Below, piece after piece: positions 56,029 through 64,000 of a stretch of 64,000 nucleotides of DNA. The stretch's first letter is position 1. Each line of letters opens with the position of its first letter. The position numbers were made by a program, and so were the translations under genes. Under the pieces are notes generated by a model that was not told the DNA's origin, made no database searches, and worked only from the letters and a program-made list of their open reading frames with translations. The DNA is from Chrysomallon squamiferum (lineage: Eukaryota; Animalia; Mollusca). The stretch lies in assembly GCA_012295275.1 (NCBI GenBank), contig CM022670.1, positions 24,800,001-24,864,000 of the forward strand. Reading direction: 5' to 3'.

Positions 56029-56706
56029 GATAAATAGAGAGACAGATAGATAAATAAATAAATAAATAAATAAATGCAAATGACATAAAAATAAAAATTG
56101 CACTGCATATTTTAAAACTGAAAATCCCACCAGACCAATGTTTTATTTTGTACACAATGCATCAGACTGACAGGCTAAAGCAGTGTTGTGGTTTTCACTT
56201 TAGTGATAATAACCACTAAGATATGAGTGTACAATTAGTGTTACTACTATGTTAATGTTTCGAAAGCTTATAATTAACATGTCAGTATCATGTACCATGC
56301 AGTATGTGGATATTATTTACACTGATTCTAACGAAAAAATAATGCCACTATATGCAACAAATATATAAAACATCAAACTGAGCTAATAATAATGCCACTA
56401 TATGCAACAAATATATAAAACATCAAACTGAGCTAATAATAATGCCACTATATGCAACAAATATATAAAACATCAAACTGAGCTAATAATAATGCCACTA
56501 TATGCAACAAATATATAAAACATCAAACTGAGCTAATAATAATGCCACTATATGCAACAAATATACAAAACATCAAACTGAGCTAATAACTGAGCAGTTG
56601 TGTAATACAAAGACATATATGGTTGCTGACATTGTTCTCATTTTTGTGGCATCATTTAGAAAAGTGAAAGGTGAAAGAAAGTTCCTACAGAATTAGTTAT
56701 GGCAAC

Positions 56707-56751
<45 letters not shown>

Positions 56752-57896
56752 TTATTATTTTGTAATTAAATTTCTATGTATGAAATAATAAATGAAAAAC
56801 AAAATTAACAAAACAAGGAACTATCACATTCCAAATATACCAGTACTGTACTTTACTTATTACTTGAAAACAAAATGTATTTAGGCCATATGAACACATA
56901 CACTATCAAAGACACATTTTTAAGTTATTAGACTGATGACTTCTATCCAGTTTTATTTAAAAGTGTGTGAAAATGATGTAATGTATTGTATTTCATTAGT
57001 ATTAGTTGAATAAAAGTTAATTACAAGGTATGTTCAGTAACCTGAAATACTTTACAGTTATTTAATTTATAGATAAAACACAATATAATACATCATTGAA
57101 TAAACAGTATTTTTAAAGTAGCATATAATAATAATACATGCTAAAACAGTAAAAGTAAGAATTTCAGTTATTATGTATACATAACTAGAATTACAAAAAT
57201 AATAATTGTTTTAGATTGAATTTTCCGAAAGGGATACATTTTTGTTTTGACTTTTAAATTTGCAGACAGGGTATTATATCTGCCCCCTAAAAGATGCTTA
57301 TTGATTATTTTTTTATAAACTTTCTACACACACTAAAAGGTAAGTGGTTAAATACAGCAAGTAGAAGCAATACAATTCTTCAACATTTCAAGCCATCAAA
57401 AAATTCCTCTTTACATCAATGTTAACCAGGGGGGGTACAGGAAGTAATCTTTCCACAGACTGTAGTGCTAAAGTTTGTTACATCTTGAAATACTGCAGAT
57501 ATGATTAATTAAATATTTGTTTCTGTTGCATACATAATATTAATGCATTATTCATTTATTGTGGTTGCTAAGGTATCAAAAATGCATATATCTTTTTTAA
57601 AAGATCCAGCAATTCTGAAATAAAAATGTATTGTTTTATTTTATTATCAAAAATAAATATAAAATTTCGCATTCAACTTTGTGTTCGAGTATTATTAATA
57701 TCAGAAATGATTTTAATATCAGAATCTAAATATCGCGGAAACATTTTCAGATATATTGAGTTGTAAATGATACTGCATTATAATTGCATATTATATATAA
57801 TATATGCTCTTAAATAATACACCAATAAAGAATACACTTACTTGGTGAATACGCATTTCTCATATATGGATTTACAGAGTAAACTTCGGTTCCCAT
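23832..57896 (-). CDS. VWA3B: von Willebrand factor A domain-containing protein 3B (VWA3B) orthologue, 37 coding exons, ~1636 aa with the proximal 3' cassette
   Basis: Hand-spliced GT-AG exons with consistent phases. Shared 5' part: 57842-57896 (MGTEVYSVNP..), 53922-54149, 52766-52857, 51845-52095, 51095-51254, 50417-50485, 50137-50243, 49696-49928, 47031-47224, 46447-46601, 43556-43694 (MIDAS-type IDTSASM), 43046-43276 (AIYLLTDGRPDQ), 42712-42903, 42333-42466, 41650-41894, 41223-41261, 40232-40360, 39440-39475, 38312-38363, 37712-37868, 37191-37312, 36456-36507 (+1 nt anomaly), 35817-36057; then the 3' cassette 31309->23832. Motifs GSRKWLQNYGLKKNRLTL, LPPGVGVREDIVLVFEELEEA, TYVPILDKHVLARVFDE and KVIARNKEDGQYYPG match my recollection of vertebrate VWA3B rather than VWA3A. 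Small exons 16, 18 and 19 rest on splice sites and phase only. Confidence 0.88.
31695..32109 (+). mobile_element. Tc1/mariner-superfamily internally deleted element (415 bp)
   Basis: 27-bp terminal inverted repeats CAGGGTGTCCCAGAAGTC(G/A)CGCACCAT with one mismatch. TA target-site duplication at 31693-94 and 32110-11. Internal transposase remnant FPDRWIGRRGPVEWPPRSPDLSPLDYFLWEHLKSVVY. Absent at the paralogous site in copy A (~18975-19012). Confidence 0.93.
36774..37158. repeat. Degenerate ~30-35-bp tandem repeat in VWA3B intron 21
   Basis: Roughly a dozen imperfect copies of TTATTTGTAAGAGTTGTCAGTGATATTTCAGTCAG. Confidence 0.75.
39571..39617. repeat. (AAT)n microsatellite
   Basis: Direct read. 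Confidence 0.95.
41460..41492. repeat. (TG)n microsatellite
   Basis: Direct read. Confidence 0.95.
44574..44610. repeat. (TG)n microsatellite
   Basis: Direct read. Confidence 0.95.
48460..48534. repeat. Compound (CAT)n/(TAT)n microsatellite
   Basis: Direct read. Confidence 0.9.
49511..49686. repeat. Compound (AAT)n/(AACAAT)n/(AAC)n microsatellite
   Basis: Direct read; it produces the poly-L and poly-I ORFs in the track. Confidence 0.9.
53064..53180. repeat. Compound (AGATAC)n/(AGATAT)n/(AGAT)n microsatellite
   Basis: Direct read. Confidence 0.9.
53693..53844. repeat. Compound (ATGT)n/(TG)n/(TGTGTC)n microsatellite
   Basis: Direct read. Confidence 0.9.
56341..56590. repeat. Minisatellite, 5 x 50 bp, in VWA3B intron 1
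   Basis: Unit AATGCCACTATATGCAACAAATATATAAAACATCAAACTGAGCTAATAAT starts at 56341, 56391, 56441, 56491 and 56541. The first four are identical and the last has two substitutions. Confidence 0.97.
56708..56750. repeat. (TTA)n microsatellite
   Basis: Direct read. Confidence 0.95.
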
Positions 57897-58635
57897 GTTG
57901 CGATTGAAAACTTTCGAACAAATGAAAAATATAAGTTATGCAAATTTAGGTGATTTTCATTCCGAATGAACATCAGTCAACAACAGCTAATTCTCCAATA
58001 ACACATTCGAAACCATAAGAAATATGCTGTTCAGTGCTGCTAGTGATATAAATAATTGTCTTAACAAAACGAGACATCATCCAGTCCTAACCACCATATT
58101 GTATACAGGTGCCCGTTGCTGGGGTGTACACCTTCGAGAAATTCCGTACATATCCGTCAATAATTATTTTGGTAACAAAATATTACGAAAGTATTATCTA
58201 CAAAACCAGGCAAGTTTATATAATCCAAGAAAAAAAAAGTGTTTAGTAAATAAATAAATAATATTTTATTTAAAAACAAAAGTCATTGTAAATGATAAAA
58301 CACATCAGGATTTCAATTTTAATTAGTACAATCAATTCAAAATGGGTTGCCAATTTTTAGTTATATTTCTAATCATCGTTGTGTATTACGAAAAGAGAAC
58401 CATTTTCAACATAGTCGTGTTTAATTTGTATCATTTTTATCTTTTAAATAGAGTTTTACGTGGAAATATAATTATTCTAAACAGTTTTTAAAGTAGAAAG
58501 TTCATACAGTATATTAAATTTAGATTGTGTGTATAATATAGCATTCTTGTAATTACAAATTCACATGTTTTGATGACGTTTTTCACGAATAGGTAGATCC
58601 AGGCTGTGAAAAAAAAAAAATTATTGACGGAAAAG
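57897..58635. promoter_or_regulatory. Putative bidirectional promoter between VWA3B and the ZDHHC gene
   Basis: Divergent start codons at 57896 (-) and 58636 (+). CpG dinucleotides are visibly frequent over ~57660-59120 but scarce in the introns on either side. Confidence 0.7.
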
Positions 58636-61600
58636 ATGGCTCCGTTACCGATTCGGGTGTGTTTTGCTGCAGTCAGATGGACACCAGTTGTGTTTATCAC
58701 AGCTATTATTTTTTGGTCGTATTATGCTTATGTTGTTGAGATGTGTATCTGTAAGTGGTTTAGCGTTTCTTTTCTGAAAATAGATATGTTCTCTATCAAT
58801 TGTTATACTTTAAAGCTAAATGAAAATGCAAGTAACTGTGCAGTGTGTTATAGAGTGGAGTTGGAGATGACAGCGATGTCACATATAAATACAATATTGA
58901 CACAATTTAGTAATGGACTTGATTATATAATATAATATAAATCTTAAACGATAATTACCCCTGCAAAGCGATTTAAAGTAGAAATAAAATTAATTCAGTA
59001 ATTTCTTTGGTTAATCACTCATCATTGTTTATTTCGAAACCTAGTAGTAGAACGTAGTAGAGTAATATTATTTTATCACATACATAAAACGATACATATT
59101 AAAAGATTGACTTTAGGGAACGAGTAAAATAAAGTGTAAATCAGTTATTATAAACATTATAGATACTTACTGGATGATGTAACATTGTAAGCAGGAAGTA
59201 ATTGTTGCCAGGTCTAATAGTGATAAGTAAACTAATCAACTATAGGACCTATGAGAGTAATTTATTAATTTTATTCTAAACTGGATGTCAGTGACCTAGC
59301 ATTGGACAGCCTATGTATAAACCCAGTAGAAATACACATTTTCAGATTAATTAATAATTACAAATCTTTAATATTGCCTCCTGACACATTTGGCTTTGAT
59401 TAACCACGATGACTCAGCAGTCCTCAGTATGTGGTTCACAAATTCATAGATGTGTTTTTTCTCAGAATACTGCTATGATTTGTTCTTTTGATGGTAGAAC
59501 AAATATAAAAATGGTCATGTTGGATATATTGCTTTGTCAAATCAATTAATTTTGTCTTTTTATATCATTATAGTGGTTCTTGTTTTTAAAAATAAAAATA
59601 ATAAAAAACTGTATATGTAGTTAACCGTTATGATACATTCCATGTTTCATAGTACAAATTACTTTATTTTGATCATTTATCACAGCAATACATTGTTCTG
59701 AACCAGTTTGGTTGAAATGATACTATTTGACTTTTGGTAACCTAAGAAGTTAAGTCCTTTAGGGTTGAGTTAAATATAAATCAATCAATTGTTTTATTTA
59801 AAGATTTGTTATTATTTCATGAAATACTGTGTAAATAAAAAATATATTTAAATTCCAGAAAGGATTCTTCAGTTTCATTTTTGAATATTATATGTACATG
59901 CTTGTAATGAACATAACCGATTTGTTTGTTAGAAAAATATTTATTTTTTTATTTTTTGAAACAACAGAAAGTATAGTCTGAATTACTGTTAATTTCATTT
60001 GTGAACACCATAACACTGTTTTGTTATTTTCATTTCAGTTTCTGTTCAGAACATAGCAGAAAAAGGTCAGTATTTAATCATCAAATACTTTTATTAATCA
60101 TTTTGCTCATTTCATCTTTTCAAGTTTTATGCTTTCTGTCTTACTTTATTGTAATTTATGTATTTCAGTTTGAAATGTATCTATACTGTTAATATTTTAA
60201 TGACAGTTTAAAACAAAGGCATAAATAGCCCAAGACCTTAAAAGATGATGCCATGTGTCCATTGCACTGAAAAACTGTTACGTTTTAATCAGCTGACCAT
60301 TATGTCACTATTTAGGCTGATTCAGATATGTCAAAGATTTCCAAGTTGATGATTTTATGACAGGGGTCTTGTGTTTCTTCATGTAGCATGTGTATGTATG
60401 ACTAAATAGTATTGTTTATGGTACCAGCAAACTCAAAAATTACGCATCTAATGAAATGTAAAGCCAAAATTATTGTTAAATGAGTATACTAGCTGGAATC
60501 ATTGCCAACCATTAGCAAAGATAAGCCAAAAAAACAATATAGACCTATCTTTGGCAGAGAACCAGCAATATCCACCCATATATCTTTCTGAGGTGTTTTC
60601 CACCACAAGATACTTGGGCTAAGGTCTAGATAATACGCAAGTATTTAAAAAATTTACAGATTTAAAAAAAAAAAAAATTGGTTTTAAATTTATATTTTTA
60701 GTAATTAAAATATTTTTTTATTAGTTTTTAATCATGTATTAGTATTATTCACAGTCATTGATATAATGACAGGGTTTTTTTTGTGTTTATATTTTTCAGT
60801 TATTTATCTATTATTGTATCATCCTATATTCATATTATTTACTTGGACTTATTGGCAAACGATATTTACTGCTACTGGGACAGTTCCAAAAGAGGTAAAT
60901 TAAATATTTTATTTTGATTATTATAGAAATAAATTCATATTGACAAAGAATTCTTGTTGTTAATACATATGTTTTTGTAAATGACATCTACCAATTCCAA
61001 ATAGATTTATGAGTATCTCTTTTTCTCTCTCACACCCCTTTAAAAATAAAACATTTAGATGAAATAATAATACACATATTTTTATTCTATGTTTATTTAT
61101 TTATTTAAATTTGGTTTTTTTAAAGTAGTAACATGGTTTTGGTTATTTTATTTCATTTTATTTTATTTTATAATTTTTTTTTTTTCAGTTTTATTTGAGC
61201 AAACATGAGGTAGAATTGTTTGAACGCGAAACAAACGAAGATCGACAAAGGGAAATGCTTATACAGTATGGACGTAACCTGCCTATTTTGAATCGCACTG
61301 TCTCTGGATGTATGTCAGCCTTTACTATAATTAATTCCCATTTTCACAAACCAGCATATCCCATTTCGTGTGATGTTTTATCTTCATATCAGCTAGCATC
61401 TTTTCATACAATAACCTGTTCTTTACTCTTTGCCTTGGTCAGCTTGAAAACACTGGCTGATGTATACCTGCTGTTCAGTCAGATTTAGAAATCTTCAAAC
61501 TTAATTTGCCCAGTGTGAGAAAACAATAAGTGATAAGCTGGTTTGTGGAAACATGGGTGAATTATTTTATAGCTGTTATTTTGTTTTATTACTTTAAAAT

Positions 61601-63981
61601 TATATTAAAATTAAAAATGTCTATTAATAACATTATGGAATTCAGATAAATAGGTTTTTATTAATTCATTGCCATTATTCATTCATTTTCATATTTACAG
61701 ATGAATCAGTGAAATTGATTGTATTTTTAGTATTTGTTTAAAGTATCAATATTTAATGCACTGTAAAGTTTAAGTTTAAAGGAGAATGTAATATGTTATT
61801 TTATTATTAATTTGCAGGTCCTAGATATTGTGATAAATGTAAATGTATTAAGCCAGACAGATGTCATCACTGTTCTGTGTGTGGCGTGTAAGTTGTACAG
61901 TTTTATCTTTTTTTTCTTTTAAATATAGAAATCTAAATAAATTTTCAACATAACCATGCTGACAGAGTAGATTTAAAAAAGATTACAATGTATCTCGTGA
62001 TTTCATGACTTTGACGTATTATTCATTTTGGTGTAAATTTGACAGGTTAAAAAGAAATTAATTGATTATAAACTGTACTGAAATTTAATGGGTCACACAG
62101 TGTTCAATATCTATCAATAAAAATTTGAAAAAATAAAAAACATTTGATATATTTTCAGTTTTGTCAAATTTATATTTTTTGGTTATCTAACTTTCAGTAA
62201 TTACTTGGTTTGATCATGGATAACTATGATACATACAATAAAAACACATTTTTGCAACACCCCAATCATATTGTTTGCTTTGCTTTCTACATTCAGTGGA
62301 ACAAAATTTACTGAAAAAGCACTCCTGTTTGAATTCATATATCATTTGCCATTTTGATCTTTGCTGACATACCTCAAACCAATGGAAAGCTCTACCATTG
62401 CACTGCATGATGGTATAGCAAATGTTTTGAAATATTGGCAGTTTCCATGAATTATTGGCTAGAAAAGGGGGCCAAGCTGTCTGAAAACTATGTCAGCTGA
62501 GACAGTGTTGAATAAATGCTAATGATTGCTAAAATACGTCACATGATTGTAAACCTGTGATTCTTTGTTTATTTCTCACCATTGTTTATGAAATTTTATC
62601 TGCTGTTTCATGGCTATTTCACACAAACTGATACAATTATATTAGATTGTAAGTGAAAATGTGAAGTTATTTTCAGGAAAGGTCTGAGACATAGAAAAGA
62701 TCAGCTTCAGTGTGCTTGGGAGGCTCTGAGAAAAATAAAATTGGACAGTAATATTGTATAACTTCAGTTTTCTCAACTGAATGCTTTTTGCATAGATCTC
62801 AGCAAATGTCCAACAAAATCTTTTGAAATTTTCATTACTGATAAAAAAGGGAGCAGAAAAAATGTTTATGATACAAAATTGTTTGTTTGTCATTTATGAC
62901 TTTTTAAGAATGACATTTAAAAACTATTACACACAATCAAAAAAACCCAAAACAACAAAAGTTCTGTTAAACATGCACATATATCTCAAAACTGTTTACT
63001 TGCAAAATCTGAGTTATGGAGATCTAGATTTTGACCTGAAACCAGTGAAATCAAACCTATGGCCCCTTGCAAGTTTTTGACCAAAACAAAAATTAAAAAT
63101 TAAAGAGTTTTTTTTTATTTTTTATCTCTTTTCTAATATATAACTGACATTGTATCAAAAGTTCATGCAAAATCTGATAATAAGTATAAAAAATAAAAAA
63201 ATAAATAAAAAATTAAATAAAATGATTTCACCACCAAGTGTCCTTTTAAATTAAAAAATGAAAGGTGTATGCAAATACCTTTAGTTATAACTTTTGTTGA
63301 CAAATTTTATAATTTAAGCTAATGACTCATGTCTTGTGTCAACTAACACATATTTTACAGTCATAAAAGTTTATATTCAGAGTTCAGTATAACAAATACT
63401 TAACCACTTTCTAGCATTATATTATCTTTTTTTGAAAATTCTTTAAAGAATTGTATTCATTCTTTCAGATGTGTTTTGAAAATGGATCATCACTGTCCAT
63501 GGTATGTTTTTATTAATTATTATTATATTTTTATTCACAATTTTTTTCTACTTTCTTTTTTTCTTTTTTATTTATTTTTCTTTTTTTCAAGTATTTTAAC
63601 TTTTATGCCAGTATATATTATTTAGCTTTTTAACATTATTATCATAATAATAATAATAATAATAATTAAAACAAATTATGTACTTTATTACATGATTTAA
63701 ATATCTAACATAATTCAGGTGTTTTGGTGGGGGTTTTTTTTTCCCATACTATTATTAATAAAAGATTTGATTGAACTAAGCTAAAATATTCAGATTATGT
63801 TTTCAAGACAGAGCATGCCTTTTGACTGATTCTGATTTGATGACATCTGTTTTGTTTCAGGGTCAACAACTGTGTGGGATTTACCAACTACAAGTTCTTT
63901 ATTCTTTTCTTGGGTTATGGTCTCTTCTATTGTCTATTTGTAGCAGCTTCCAGTTTAAAATACTTTATAGAATTTTGGAAG
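58636..63981 (+). CDS. ZDHHC2/15/20: DHHC palmitoyltransferase of the ZDHHC2/15/20 group, first 7 coding exons (continues beyond the window)
   Basis: Exons 58636-58750 ([38 protein letters not shown]), 60039-60065, 60800-60894 ([18 protein letters not shown]), 61189-61309, 61818-61887 ([20 protein letters not shown]), 63469-63501 ([11 protein letters not shown]), 63861-63981 ([19 protein letters not shown]). All are GT-AG and in phase, and they contain the canonical DHHC cysteine-rich domain. Confidence 0.95.
62640..63250. mobile_element. Possible degraded non-autonomous DNA element in ZDHHC intron 5
   Basis: Composition differs from the flanking intron and it ends CCACCAAGTGTCCTTTTAA (TTAA-type terminus). 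No convincing opposite TIR was found. Confidence 0.25.
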
Positions 63982-64000
63982 GTAGGTTTTGTCTTTATTA

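Noticed and set aside
56341-56590. CRISPR-like array
   Set aside because: The units are contiguous and identical with no unique spacers, and the context is a eukaryotic intron.

Overview
AT-rich, intron-rich animal genomic DNA, probably from an invertebrate (taxon not determinable from sequence). Most short ORFs in the supplied track are microsatellite or antisense noise. Hand-splicing with GT-AG sites and phase checks gives the following. (1) A 37-exon minus-strand VWA3B orthologue (ATG 57896, stop 23832-23834, about 1636 aa) with two VWA domains and three DUF4537/Tudor-like C-terminal modules. As written, exon 22 carries one extra A that creates a premature TGA. (2) A head-to-tail tandem duplication (about 6310-20700 and 20714-33337) that copies only the 3' exon block of VWA3B. 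The distal copy has no start codon or promoter of its own, yet it keeps an open 12-exon frame that is phase-compatible with shared exon 23. Its coding changes are concentrated in exon cores, while some neighbouring introns are almost identical. This suggests two switchable multi-exon C-termini. (3) The first 7 coding exons of a plus-strand ZDHHC2/15/20-type palmitoyltransferase, head-to-head with VWA3B across a CpG-enriched gap of about 740 bp. (4) The probable last exon, long 3' UTR and poly(A) site of an unidentified plus-strand gene at the left edge. (5) A 415-bp Tc1/mariner deletion derivative, other transposon-like insertions, a 5 x 50-bp minisatellite and many microsatellites.
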